Shown piece after piece: positions 12,206-25,349 of a DNA stretch of 64,000 bases. Made by a program: the position numbers and the translations under genes. Below the pieces are notes generated by a model that was not told the DNA's origin, searched no databases, and worked only from the letters and a program-made list of their open reading frames with translations. Origin of the DNA: Heterodontus francisci (Eukaryota); contig NC_090386.1 of the NCBI RefSeq assembly GCF_036365525.1, positions 40,161,360 to 40,225,359 of the forward strand, in the 5' to 3' direction. Positions within the stretch are counted from its first letter, which is position 1. Each line of letters opens with the position of its first letter.

Positions 12206-12929
12206 CATGTTTAATTAGTACCTGACTGGGCCAATCATCCTCATGTGGTGAGATAGAAGGGAAGGGGAAATCAATTGATTGGTGCTACATTTGAAATAAT
12301 CATACAGGATGACTTCAACACTAGTCCCTGGTCCAGTGAATCTTTCTACCTTCTTTGATAAGTGAGATCGCAAGATGGTCAGTGGCTGCTGCCAGTAGAA
12401 ATAAAACATGAGAAAGTTAACAGAAATTTGGGGTGACACAAGATATGACATTTGAAAGTTACTCGAGCACGGCCAAGTTGCTGGAAGAAATGTCGAGTAG
12501 AAGAGAGGTGTTTTCTCACATGGAGGGAAAGGAGTTGGTAAGTAAATTATGTTGTGACAATTCACCAGCATGCACCTCTTAATAGTTGCTGAAGAGCAGA
12601 AGCCTGACAGCTAATGACCTGCCTGCTCTCTGGGGACTGATTGACACATAGTGAGAGAATCTAAAGGTCAAGCAATAAAATAAATATGATGTTGGAAAGG
12701 AAAAAAAGGTGAGATTTATAAGAAATTGTGGGACAATCCTAATTTATTTATAAGGCAACAGTTAATTGTATTTAAAACTGGCAATTATTAAATGGTGAAA
12801 GAATTTGGTCACATTTAACCCTGTACTACGACCCTTTTAAATAGTTACATGATAAGTTCTCTGTAATACCATTTGTGCGAACAGTCTAATTCATTTTCTA
12901 AACTAAAAATGCTGTCTTTTTTCTTTCAG

Positions 12930-13172
12930 GTTTGGCACCTTCAGAAAAATCTGGAACTAAAGTTCAGTTTCCGCTGTCAAATTCACTGGATGAAAGTCAA
13001 TGGAATGCTGCCCTTGTAAGCAGTGTTAGGAACGAGCTCTCCCTGTCAATATGCTCACCTGCCAATGCCAAGATCGGGCATCACACTTTAAAACTGCTGT
13101 ACACAACACAAGGCCAACCTACATTGTTTGACCTTGGAAAATTCATCTTGCTCTTCAATCCATGGTGCTCAG
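12930..13172 (+). CDS. TGM2: Transglutaminase 2-like, exon equivalent to human TGM2 exon 3 (beta-sandwich domain)
   Basis: Acceptor ttctttcag|G, donor TCAG|gtacaa; 243 nt; encodes (G)LAPSEKSGTKVQFPL...PANAKIG...LGKFILLFNPWCS, gap-free against remembered human TG2 residues 64-144. Orthologue versus paralogue not resolved. Confidence 0.93.
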
Positions 13173-14282
13173 GTACAATACTTCTTAAATGGTTTCTATT
13201 GTGAAATAAGGGCTGTGTGTTGGTATAACTGTCCAGGAGATACATGCAATAAACGTGGCCTTCCCTACATCCTGGGAACAAATAAGAAAAGACTGTTAAT
13301 TCATATGTGCCAAATTACACTGAGAGTGAGCTTCACGGTTGAACAGTTTTGTTTAAACGGTTTTGAACAATTATATTAATAAACTTTAGTCCTTTATATT
13401 TGATTCCTCATATTTAAGAGTTTATTTTTAATGTCGTTGAGGTAAATAATGGCAACATGGGAAATAGAACATTTTTCTTCCAGCTTTAAGCATCCTGTGA
13501 TGGTATGAATTACATCCAAGATCAACAGTATCGTGCCCAGATGTAGTGTTAAATTCTGTCTACTCTGCCACAGTACCATACCCCAAATGCAAACTCAGAA
13601 GAGGGTTCCCTACCATATATGTCTGAAGCTTTTCTTTTCCCAACACCAGGCATCCTTCAAATCTCTATAATTTGAGATTTTCAATTTGAACAGAATTATG
13701 AACAGTTTTGAGTTAAGTATGGTGCTTGCAGGGAGTTAGGTTAAGTTTGCTTCAGATTATTTCACTTAGTACCCTTGCGACCAACAGCAAAAGGAGATTT
13801 ACATCCCACTAGTCTCTACTGGCTTCAAATCAAGGCCATTGGAAGAAAAGGCAGTGCACCAACCAAGTAAAACCCTTATCTAAGAAGTATCCCCTGGGCC
13901 TAACAGTGTGAGGGTGTTTGAATAACATCAATAGACACTGTTATTAAGTCAAGCTATTTCTGTAATGTTGGCAGTTGTTGATATAATGTTGTTAGCTGTT
14001 GTAACATTGTCAGCTGCTTGGCACTATTGTGCACAGTAAATCCTCTAAATCAGTTTCCTCAAGACATCCCACACAGGATTGATTCACATATACTATTTAT
14101 ATTGGACATTTGAGACATGTTGAATTGGCTTGAGTGTTATATAGTATTATTATCTATACACAGCTCAGGAAGGTGACTGATCCTTGTGTCTGCCTCACAT
14201 TTGTGGTCTACAGGCACAAATTACAGTAATTGTGCAGATGTTTGAAGGATGGCTAACCTTCTTGAGACTTTCTTAATTTCAG

Positions 14283-14401
14283 CTGATGCTGTCTTCCTCG
14301 ATGATGAGAATCAACGCAGGGAATATGTACTGAATGATCAGGGCTTGATCTATCGGGGTACGAAGAAATTCATTTCACAAATTGCTTGGAATTTTGGGCA
14401 G
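14283..14401 (+). CDS. TGM2: Transglutaminase 2-like, exon 4 equivalent
   Basis: Acceptor taatttcag|CT, donor GGGCAG|gtactg; 119 nt; (A)[39 protein letters not shown]; phase continues from the previous exon. Confidence 0.94.
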
Positions 14402-14584
14402 GTACTGAAGAACTTAAACATATTTTTGTCAGCTTCAGTGAAAAAAATTGGGAGGCACAAGGTGTGGATGCACATATACAAACACACATGCAGACAAAAT
14501 GCAATAACTTATCAATTGTGCTTTTGTTATGGACTCCATTATACCTTTATTACCCTTGTTATACATTCAGAGCAAAGTACTATT

Positions 14585-14945
14585 GAGAAGGTTAAGAGGA
14601 GATTTGATAGAGGTGTTTAAAATGATGAAGGGCTTTGATAGAGTAAATAAGGAGAAACGGTTGCTAGTGACAGAAGGATCAGTAAGCAGAGGACTCAGAT
14701 TTAATGTAATTGGCAAGAGAGCCAGAAGTCAGATGAGGAGAACTTTTTTTACACAGCAAGTTGTTATGATCTGGAATGCACTCCCCAAAAGAATGGTGGA
14801 AGCAGATTCAATAACTTGCAAAAGAGAATTGGATAAATACTTGAAGGGGAGAAAATTCAGGTGTGGGGAAAAAGCAGAAAAGTGCAACTAATTGGATAGT
14901 TGAAAGGCCCCCTTCTGCTCTGTAAGATTCTATGATTTTATGATA
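14585..14945 (+). mobile_element. CR1 LINE 3' fragment
   Basis: [34 protein letters not shown]; tail GATTCTATGATTTTATGAT. Confidence 0.88.
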
Positions 14946-15917
14946 CTTTGCTTATTCTGTGTTATATGTGAATGGTGGTACGTCATGAACCATATGCACC
15001 TGACCATTACTTTACTTAGGCTATTCCGCTACTCTTTTAAATCTTGATGGAGTCCTGCATTGCCAGCTTTAACTGTAGGGTAAAAAGTTGCTAAGAACAG
15101 AGATTTTTATTGGGTAAGGGTATTAAAAGATACAGAGCAAAGGCAGGTAAATGGAATTGAAGCATAAAACAGCCAGCATCTAGTTGAATGTTAGAACAGT
15201 TTCAAGAGGCTAAATGGCCTACTCCTGATTCTATATTCTTAAGAAATGTTGTGTTTGGATAGCAATTTGCATAAACTAAACAAAAAAGGTCAAGGGGCTG
15301 ATTTTCATCTGCAGATGCAAATTGGTTCTCATTTGCTTTGCACTGCTTTAAGATCTGCCAGAGTCTCAAGTGCAAATTGCACTTGATTTTCCCAGTCTAA
15401 GCTCGTTTGTATAATTATTCATAATTACAGGAAAAAATTCAAATGGCTCTGGGGATGATATCATTGTCAGAGAAGAAAATGTTGTGCAAGTGAAATTTAA
15501 ATGGCTGGGTAATAAATAAAGAGGAGCATAAAGAGGGGAACGCAAATTCAGAAATCTTCTAGGAGGTCACTGAAAGGCATCCAAACCTCAATTAACTGTT
15601 GTTGCAGGCTGCAGGCAAGTGATAGAGCCCAGTGTCTGACTTCCCTCTCTCATGGTTGCTGAAGTGAATGAAGTGCAGCATGCAATGCTTGTGAAGAGGG
15701 TTGTCCTCAGTGCCACTCTACAGCAACATTCCCATAGATCAGTGCTGCAGCATACTAGAAAAGGGCACAACCAAGATTCAGACCACAGCTGACTGTTGCC
15801 ATCCCTGGGTACGTGCAAACTCTGTGCAAGTATCCTTGCAGCAGCTGGCACTGTTTGGCCTCTGCCTATCTGCCGCAAGGACCCTGAGAAGGAAGGTTCC
15901 TCTGGTTATTTCGACGT

Positions 15918-16382
15918 AGTTTTTTTTTTATTCTTTCATAGGATGTGGGCACCACTGTCAAGGCCAGCATTTTCTGCTCATCCCTAATTTCCCTTGAGAT
16001 GGTTGTGGTGAGCCACTTTCTTGAATTGCTGAAGTCCATTGACTTCTCTGTGGCAGTTTAATACAACTGAGTAGCTTGCTAGGCGATTTCAGAGAACAGT
16101 TAAGAGTCAGCCACATTGCTGTGGGTCTGGAGTCACATGTAGGCCAGACCAGGGAAGGGCGGCAGATTTCCTTCCCGAAAGGACATTAGTGAACCAGATG
16201 CGTTTTTACGACAATCGATGATAATTTCCTGGCACCATTACTGAGACTAGCTTTCAATTCTATATTTTTATTAATTCGTTGAATTTAAATTCCACCATCT
16301 GCCATGGTGGCATTTGAACCCATGTCCCTGGGGCATTAACTTGGGCCTCTGGATTGCTAGTCCGGTGACATTACCACTACAT
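15918..16382 (-). mobile_element. tRNA-headed SINE sharing body and tail with the LINE at 17624-20885
   Basis: Minus strand has A-box-like GTAGTGGT and B-box-like GGGTTCAAATGCC; 16060-16190 aligns to 20780-20885 and 15918-16040 aligns to 17624-17745. Confidence 0.82.
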
Positions 16383-17080
16383 TATAGGGTCTGCAGAGGT
16401 AGTTCAGTGGTATCTTGCAAATAAACAGACTTCGTTGGTTCCTGATCACCCTGCCAAGTCTTTTTTCTTGCAGTATCATGTAAAATATAGCAAAAGAAGG
16501 AAATTTATATAGCATTGCTCACAACCTCAGGATGGACAGAAGCACTTCACAACCAATGAAGTGTAGTCACTGTTGCAATGCAGGGAACATGCTGTGATTA
16601 AGTTGCTTCTGGTTAATCAAACATTCAGATCTCAACGGTCTCCCGTGAGAAGAGAAGACCAGCACAATGTTTACCAAAACGAGGTGCGTTACCTCTCCCT
16701 TGCAACTACATGGTTGTGCGTGCAGGCAGGAGGACATGCAGCACCTCTTGGGCAATCTGACTCACGTGGCATCCCTCTGTAGATCCTACTGTTCCTCCAA
16801 AAATGTCATCTTCAAATGTCCCCATTGGCAAATCCTCTGGCGCCAATAAAGAAGCTTGAGACAACAGCAAAAATAAAGATAACTGGAACAAAGGCTCAAG
16901 AAAGAAAAACCCGAAAAACAGGTGCTTTCTGCTCATCGAATTGCTAGACTGAGATTATGTGCATTGGAATCTAAGTTCAAACTGTGTGTGTCTGTCAGTT
17001 ACTGATTATGGAAAATAAGCAAACTTCACAGTTTAAAATAGGTGGATGCTATACATTTTATTATTGCTTCTTGCTTTCAG

Positions 17081-17209
17081 TTTGAAGATGGGATTTTGGA
17101 CATTTGCCTGAAACTGTTAGATAACAGCTTGAACTTCTTGCAAAATCAGGATGAGGACTGTTCTCAAAGGCATGATCCTGTTTATATCAGCAGGGTTGTG
17201 ACAGCTATG
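17081..17209 (+). CDS. TGM2: Transglutaminase 2-like, exon 5 equivalent
   Basis: Acceptor ttgctttcag|TTT, donor GCTATG|gtaagc; 129 nt; FEDGILDICLKLLDNSLNFLQNQDEDCSQRHDPVYISRVVTAM. Confidence 0.95.
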
Positions 17210-17623
17210 GTAAGCACTGATCATAATGCCTTCTGCTCCTCTTAGTAATTTAATTATTGTTGAAGGAAGGAAACTAACAGTTCTATATATATGTCCGCAG
17301 TTATCATAGCAACAAATGACCATTGGATGGGCTTGACTGTTGTCCCAGTTATCCTAACTTGGTAAAATATTCAGAAGTTCATTATTATAATGGCATTTAT
17401 GTAAAAGACAATTGTGAAGTGATAGGATTCAGGGTGAGCCTATTATTTCAAAGGGAATAAGATTCCAGATTAATTTGGAATAGAGACCAACATTTGCCAA
17501 AGTTGGTTATGACATGCAGTGGGATGATTCGTGGATCTGCTCAGAATGTTTCACCTATAAGAAGGAGTCAGCTGCACATAATTTATATGCAAGGGCTGAT
17601 GGTATAAGTGGCTTAGTAAACGT

Positions 17624-20600
17624 ATTTTTTTTTACTCATTTATGTGATGTGGGCGTCGCTGGCCAGGCCAGCATTTATTGCCCATCCCTAATTGCCCTTG
17701 AGAAGGTGGTGGTGAGCTGCCTTCTTGAACTGCTGCAGTCCATGTGAGGTAGGTACACCCACAGCGTTGTAAGGAAGGGAGTTCCAGGATTTTGACCCAG
17801 CGACAGTGAAGGAACGGCGATATAGTTCCAAGTCAGGATGGTGTGTGACTTGGAGGGGAACTTGCAGGTGGTGGTGTTCCTCTGCATTTGCTGCCCTTGT
17901 CCTTTCAGTTGGTAGAGGAAGTGGGTTTGGAAGGTGCTGTCTAAGGAGCCATGGTGCATTGCTGCAGTGCATCCTGTAGACGGTACACACTGCTGCCACT
18001 GGGCGTTGGTGATGGAGGGAGTGAATGTTTGTGGATGGGGTGTCAATCAAGGGGGCTGCTTTGTCCTGGGTGGTGTCGAGCTTCTTGAGTGTTGTTGGAG
18101 CTGCACCCATCCAGGCAAGTGGAGAGTATTCCATCACACTCCTGACTTGTGCCTTGTAGATGGTGGACAGGCTTTGGGGTGTCAGGAGATGAGTTACTCG
18201 CCTCAGGATTCCTAGCCTCTGAACTGCTCTTGTAGCCATGGTATTTTTGGCTACTCCAGTTCAGTTTCTGGTCAATGGTAACCCCTAGGATGTTGATAGC
18301 GGGGGATTCAGCAATGGTAATGCCATTGAATGTCAAGGGGAGATGGTTAGATTCTCTCTTGTTGGAGATGGTCATTGCCTGGCACTTGTGTGGAACGCAT
18401 GTTACTTGCCACTTATCAGTCCAAGCCTGGATATTGTCCAGGTCTTGCTGCATTTCTACACGGACTGCTTCAGTATCTGAGGAGTTGCAAATGGTGCTGA
18501 ATATGGTGCAATCATCAGCAAACATCCCCACTTCTGACCTTAAGATTGAAGGAAGGTCATTGATGAAGCAGCTGAAGATGGTTGGGCCTAGGACACTACC
18601 CTGAGGAACTCCTGCAGTGATGTCCTGGAGCTCAGATGATTGACCTCCAATAACCAAAGACTTGCGGGTTGATAGGTAAATTGGCCATTGTAAAAATTGC
18701 CCCTAGTGTAGGTGGGTGGTAGGAGAATTGAGGGAAGGTGGGGATGTGAGAGGGAAAATGGGATTAATGTAGGATTAGTATAAATGGGTGATTGATGGTC
18801 GGCATGGATTCGGTGGGCCGAATGGCCTGTTTCGGTGCTGTATCACTCTATGACTTTTTGAACCACAACCATCTTCTTTTGCATTTATGACTCCAACCAG
18901 CGGAGGATTTTCCCCCTTATTCCCATTGACTTCAGTTTTGCTAGGGCTCCTTGATGCCATACTCGGTCAAATGCTGCCTTGATGTCAAGGGCAGTCACTC
19001 TCACCTCACCTCTTGAGGTCAGCTCTTCTGTCTATGTTTGAACCAAGGCTATAATGAGGTCAGGAGCTAAGTGGCCCTGGCGGAACCCAAACTGAGCGTC
19101 ACTGAGCAGGTTATTGCTAAGCAAGTACTGCTTGATGGCACTGTCGATGACACCTTCCATCACTTTACTGATGATTGAGAGTAGACGGATGGGGCGGTAA
19201 TTGGTCGGGTTGGACTTGTCCTGCTTTTTGTGTACAGGACATACCTGGGCAATTTTCCACATTGCAGATAGATGCCAGTGTTGTTGCTGTGGGGCGCGGC
19301 AAAATCTGGAGCACAGGTCTTCAGTACTATTGCCAGAATATTGTCAGGGCCCAGAGCCTTTGCAGTATCCAGTGCCTTCAGTCGTTTCTTGATATCACGT
19401 GGAGTGAATCAAAGTGGCAGAAGTCTGGTATCTGTGATGCTGGGGACTTCAGGAGGAGGCCGAGATGGATCATCAACTCGGCACTTCTGGCTGAAGATTG
19501 TTGCAAATGCTTCTGCCTTATCGTTCGCACTGATGTGCCAGGCTCCTCCATCATTGAGGATGGGGATGCTTGTGAAGCCACCTCCTCCAGTTAGTTGTTT
19601 AATTGTCCACCACCATTCACTGTTGGATGTGGCAGGACTGCAGAGCTTAGATCTGATCTGTTGGTTATGAGATTGCTTAGCTCTGTCTATCGCATGCTGC
19701 TTACGCAGTTTTGCATGCAAGTAGTCCTGTCTTGTAGCTTCACCAGGTTGACACCTCATTTTGAGGTATGCCTGGTGCTGCTCCTGGCATGCCCTCCTGC
19801 ACTCTTCATTAAACCAAGGTTGGTCTCCTGGCTTGATGGTAATGGTAGAGTGGGGGATATGCCGGGCCATGAAGTCATAGATTGTTGTTGAGTACAATTC
19901 TGCTGCTGCTGATGGCCCACAGCGCCTCATGGATTCCCAGTTTTGTATTGCTGGATCTGTTCGAAATCTATCCCATTTAGCACAGTGATAATGCCACACA
20001 ACACAATGGATGGTAACCTCAATGTGGAGGTGGGACGCCGTCTCCACAAGGATTGTGCGGTGGTCACTCCTACCAATGTTGTCATGGACAGTTGCATTTG
20101 CGGCAGGCAGATTGGTGAGGACGAGGTCAAGTATGTTTTTCCCTCTTGTTGGTTCCCTCACCACCTTCCGCAGACCCAGTCTAGCAGCTATGACCTTCAG
20201 GACTCGGCCAGCTCGGTCAGTAGTGGAGCTACCGAGCCACTCTTGCTGATGGACATTGAGGTCCCCCACCCAGAGTACATTCTGCGCCCTTGCCACCCTC
20301 AGTGCTTTCTCCAAGCAGTGTTTAACATGGAGGAGTACTGACTCATCAGCTCAGTCAGGGCGGTAGGTGGTAATCAGCAGGAGGGTTCCTTGCCCATGTT
20401 TGACCTGATGCCATGAGACTTTATGGGGTCCTGAGTTGATGTTGAGGACTCACAGGGCCACTCCCTCCTGACTGTATGCCACTGTGCTGCCATCTCTGGT
20501 GGGTCTGTCCTGCCGGTGGGACAGGACATACCCAGGGATAGTGATGGCAGTGTCTGGGACATTGTCTGTAAGGTATGATTCCGTGGGTATGACTGTGTCA

Positions 20601-20885
20601 GGCTGTTGCTTGACTAGTCTGTGGGACAGCTCTCCCAACTTTGGCACAAGCCCCAGATGTTAATAATGAGGACTTTGCAGGGTTGACAGGGCTGGGTTTC
20701 TGTAGTTGTTTCCGGTGCCTAGATCGATGCTGGGTGATCCCTCTGGTTTCATTACTTTTTATTGACTTTGTAGAGGTTAGATACAACTGAGTGGCTTGCT
20801 AGGCCATTTCAGAGGGCATGTAAGAGTCAACCACACTGTTATGACCAGGTAAGGACAGCAGATTTCCTTCCCTCAAGGACATTAT
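17624..20885 (-). mobile_element. Near full-length degenerate CR1/L2-group LINE (APE endonuclease + RT), no ORF1 seen
   Basis: Endonuclease motifs (TESYL, RQDR, WVGDLN, LDLVLTN, SDH), RT motifs (NYRPI, QFGFR, GVPQGSVLGP, FADD), C-terminus SKSWNSLP, 3'UTR and A-rich tail; many frameshifts. Confidence 0.93.
18654..18856 (+). mobile_element. 5'-truncated HE1-like SINE nested in the LINE
   Basis: Matches the 3' half of the SINE at 39372-39705; interrupts the RT region. Confidence 0.82.
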
Positions 20886-21815
20886 TATTATTATATTAAT
20901 TATTGAAACCCAAATAGAGCCTATAGATGAGACTGCCTCTAATGCTTTATAATAATCGAATGGTCTGCTGGGTGTACTAATGCCATTCTTTCAAATGGGC
21001 AGACTTGGGTTCATGTGCCCGATTGCCTATAGGCTGAATTCACAAACTGTTTGATGGGCAAGTGCACATCCCTATGCGAATAGATGGAGAGAATGCCAGC
21101 TCAGACCACTCTTGAGCTTCTCTTCATGCCAGACTTGCACAGAATATCTGGGGCCTGGAAATAGCTTACCTGCCGACTGATTTGGAGAAGCTGGTAACTG
21201 AAAATGCTAAAATGATTGAAGAAAGTCGAGAAACAATTGAGTCTGTTGGTTATCTTAATGATAACGATAATAAATAAAACCAATATACAGAGTGCAGAGC
21301 TTGTCTGCACGTGAAGGGTTGGTAGATACATATGGTCAAATATGAAATAACTCTTTGCATGTGGTTGCACATTAACTTTAATGTCAAACTCGCGATCCAG
21401 TATCCCTTAAAAATATCAAAAATAAATTGATGGATTACTAATTCTTCTCTTATCCCTCTTGTGGTTGTGCCTGTCACTTATTATCAAAAGCCTGCTTGTC
21501 TATTTTATTTTCTGATAAGGCAAAACAAAATGCGTAGCCAGTTGAAGGATTGTCAGTAACAACTGCCAAGATTATGCATGTAATTAGTGTTTTAACTGCA
21601 GCAGCACTTGCTACCGAATTCTGCTTTGTCTCCTACCTATACAATCCATGTATAGCCAAACGATTATGTAATACTGTGCAATATTATGTTGTATTTAACT
21701 TCTGTTCTTTATTGCCCAATTTTGTATATATTGTGTTTCTTGCTCAAACATCAGTTTGAAGGTTAATCCGCTATGTTGTTATGGGGAGGGAAGGGGGTTG
21801 TGTTACAAGACTGTA

Positions 21816-21978
21816 GCCCTGATTTTAACTTAACCCGTCCAGCATGAATGGAGTGGGTTCGGGTTCAACTTGAGTTTTATTCCCTACCCAATTTTACTCT
21901 CCATTGACAAGGTTAAAAAAATGGTGACTGATCTGGACCCATCCCAACCCACCAGGCAGGTTAGGTTAAAATCAGGGG
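21816..21978. mobile_element. Short foldback MITE
   Basis: CCCTGATTTTAACTTAACC ... GGTTAGGTTAAAATCAGGG near-perfect terminal inverted repeat. Confidence 0.7.
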
Positions 21979-22477
21979 TTGTCTGTAGATTCTTGGTCCA
22001 ATGGATAATATAGATATACAGATTTTAGTCAAGCTGCATTGGATGCAGGAGAAAACTTTTTAGTGTGCATTGGAACACACAAATATTGCTCACATTGAGA
22101 GATTCCAGCATAGTTAGGTTTTTTAGGGTCCTTACTGCTTTGGGCTTCAAGGGGCTAAAACTGTTACCCTAGATCACCATCACTTATGATATTGAAAACA
22201 AATGTAAACACTAATAGAGGTTAGAAATTCCTTCTGTGCTGTTCAATAAAACTAAGTTTGTTTTGTTTCATGAGACTTGTGGCTGGAAAGGGACTGACCA
22301 TTGTAAACTTCCTTTGCCATTAGATAATTTCCCAATATTAAGTGAGAATTTGCTAAGGTTCTAAATGCATAGCAGAAATTAATTATAATTGGATAATTCA
22401 TATTGCCTGATAAAATAAATAGCCTATTTAAAGTCCCTATACTATGTGTTCTGCATGATCTATGTAAACACTATTTT

Positions 22478-23543
22478 TTTAGAGATACAGCTCTGAAAGA
22501 GGCCCTTCGGCCCACCGAGTCTGTGCCGACCATCAACCACCCATTTATACTTTTCTTCTTTTTTTTTTTTCTTTTGGGCCTCCTTATCTCGAGAGACAAT
22601 GGATACGCGCCTGGAGGTGGTCAGTGGTTTGTGAAGCAGCGCCTGGAGTGGCTATAAAGGCCAATTCTGGAGTGACAGGCTCTTCCACAGGTGCTGCAGA
22701 GAAATTTGTTTGTTGGGGCTGTTGCACAGTTGGCTCTCCCCTTGCGCCTCTGTCTTTTTTCCTGCCAACTACTAAGTCTCTTCGACTCGCCACAATTTAG
22801 CCCTGTCTTTATGGCTGCCCGCCAGCTCTGGCGAATGCTGGCAACTGACTCCCACGACTTGTGATCAATGTCACACGATTTCATGTCGCGTTTGCAGACG
22901 TCTTTATAACGGAGACATGGACGGCCGGTGGGTCTGATACCAGTGGCGAGCTCGCTGTACAATGTGTCTTTGGGGATCCTGCCATCTTCCATGCGGCTCA
23001 CATGGCCAAGCCATCTCAAGCGCCGCTGACTCAGTAGTGTGTATAAGCTGGGGATGTTGGCCGCTTCAAGGACTTCTGTGTTGGAGATATAGTCCTGCCA
23101 CCTGATGCCAAGTATTCTCCGAAGGCAGCGAAGATGGAATGAATTGAGACGTCGCTCTTGGCTGGCATACGTTGTCCAGGCCTCGCTGCCGTAGAGCAAG
23201 GTACTGAGGACACAGGCCTGATACACTCGGACTTTTGTGTTCCGTGTCAGTGCGCCATTTTCCCATCAACCACCCATTTATACTAATCCTATATTAATCC
23301 CATATTCCCTACCACATCCCCACAATTCTCCTAGTACCTACCTACACTAGGGGCAATTTACAATGGCCAATTTACCTATCAATCTGCAAGTCTTTGGCTG
23401 TGGGAGGAAACCAGAGCACCCAGCAGAAACCCACGCGGTCACAGGGAGAACTTGAAAACTCCACACAGGCAGTACCCAGAACCAAACCCGGGTCGCTGGG
23501 GCTGTGAGGCTGTGGTGCTAACCACTGCACCACTGTGCCGCCC
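22478..23543 (-). mobile_element. HE1-like tRNA SINE, interrupted by an RTE fragment
   Basis: Minus-strand head GGGCGGCACAGTGGTGCAGTGGTTAGCAC at the 23543 end, CR1-like tail at the 22478 end; homologous to 39372-39705. Confidence 0.88.
22552..23262 (-). mobile_element. 5'-truncated RTE-clade LINE with uninterrupted ORF C-terminus
   Basis: ORF 22621-23226: LLYGSEAW..RCLRRILGIRWQD..RRLRWLGHVSRM..GRP..CSTCGRACHSRIGLYSHSRRC; A-rich tail; 22-bp TSD CCATCAACCACCCATTTATACT at 22530-22551 and 23263-23284. Confidence 0.93.
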
Positions 23544-25349
23544 AATTTGGTTGATTTGGTAGTAAAATTTGGCAACAATGGCATCAATGCGTATAACTGC
23601 ATGCCAAATTTGGTTCTCTCAACCCACACAGGTAGTTTCATAACTGAGGTCTTGAATATCTCTGCTAGGTTCAGGGCAGCTTGATGCAAGCCACCATTTT
23701 GTGCAGTACAGTGAAGTCCCTTACAGTTGGCAGTTATCCTTACTGAACTGATTATTCTCCATTGTTGGTGGCAAGCTTGTATCTACAATTTTCAACAGCT
23801 GTATTCTTTGGTCCAGGTTATAAAATGAATGAATACTGCTCCTGAAAAATGTAAATATGAAGAAATATAAACTAAAATAATCCATTCCACCCACTTCTTT
23901 GAATACCTGGTATGATATATAGAAGAAAGAGGAAAGGAATAAAGGAAAATAAGATAAAAGGCTTGGGAGTACATTTACATCTTTACTGCTTGGCATTAAG
24001 CATTGCTTGGATGTAACACAGAGTAAAATCTGGCAGGGAGCATCACATGCCCCCTTATAGAACACACCAAATTTTCCTTTCATTAAATTACATGCTGGCA
24101 CTCAATGGGCTATGAGAGCAAATCTCCACAACACCACAAAAACAAACTCCATAAAGTTTATAACTAATGATATTTCATAGAGATTGCTGTCTAAAATCAT
24201 TTGCTTCCAAATGCCTTGAGGAATAAAAAAAATATTATATTAGAATGGAGCCATCAATTTTTCTGTGACAATATCTGTAAACAAAGTTTGAAAGGAATTT
24301 AGAAACATTTATTTCCTTAAAGAGTAGTGTGTGCAATTTTAAATTCAATCAGATTCCCAAGCAAGGCAGCTCCAAGAGTTTTATTTATTATATCCATAGA
24401 AAAATAATTACAACAAGCATAATTGGTTCAGGGGAGAGCTCGAGGGACCGAAGAACTTAATAGTAAATAGTTGTCATATCTTGTCAAAAGACATAGCTCC
24501 AGAAATGCTAGATCAGAATCATGTTAAACTAGTCTTCTTAAGCAATATCTACTAATCATTGTGTTTGGTGAAAGAACTAGTTCTGTGTTATACATGCTGC
24601 AGTGCAAGAATTTACTGATTCATTTGTTTTAATATGAATTGGACATGACATTTCCTGCAAAATAAATTACAGATTGCTCATTAATTTGTGTGAACATTAG
24701 CAGACCCTAAATAACATGGGAAAGACAGGTTCTGGGGCAGGTGGGATCTGTACAAGATGGATGGGCTACATCTTAACAGGACCGGGACTAATATCCACAC
24801 AGGGAGATTTGCTGCTGCTGTTGGGGAGGGTTTAAATTAGCTTGACAGGAAGATGGGAACTTGAGGGGTAACTCAAATTGGAAGGAAGTAAAGCTGGTAA
24901 CAGGAAGTAGAAAAGTAGCAAGCAAAATTAGAAGGTAGCCAATATAAAGGTGAGTATCAACTAGGCTTAGATTGTAGAATAATGTCAAAAAGACAAAGTT
25001 AAGGGCACTCTACCTGAATACCCACAGCATTCGCAATAAGGCAGATGATTTAAAGGCACAAATAGAGGTAAATGGGTATGACATAATTGCCATTACAGAA
25101 ATGTGGCTATAGGGTGACCAAGACTGGGAACTGAATATTCAAGGATATTCGACATTTAGGAAAGACAGGCAAAAAGGAAAAGGAGGTGGTGTTGCACTGA
25201 TAATAAGAGATGAGATCAATACAGTAGTAAGAGAGGATCCCAGATTGGAAGAACAAAATATGGAATATGTTTGTGTGGAGTTAAGAAACAGCAAGGGGCA
25301 GCAAACATTGATGTTTATAGGCCACCAAACAGTAGTAGTAGTGTGGATA

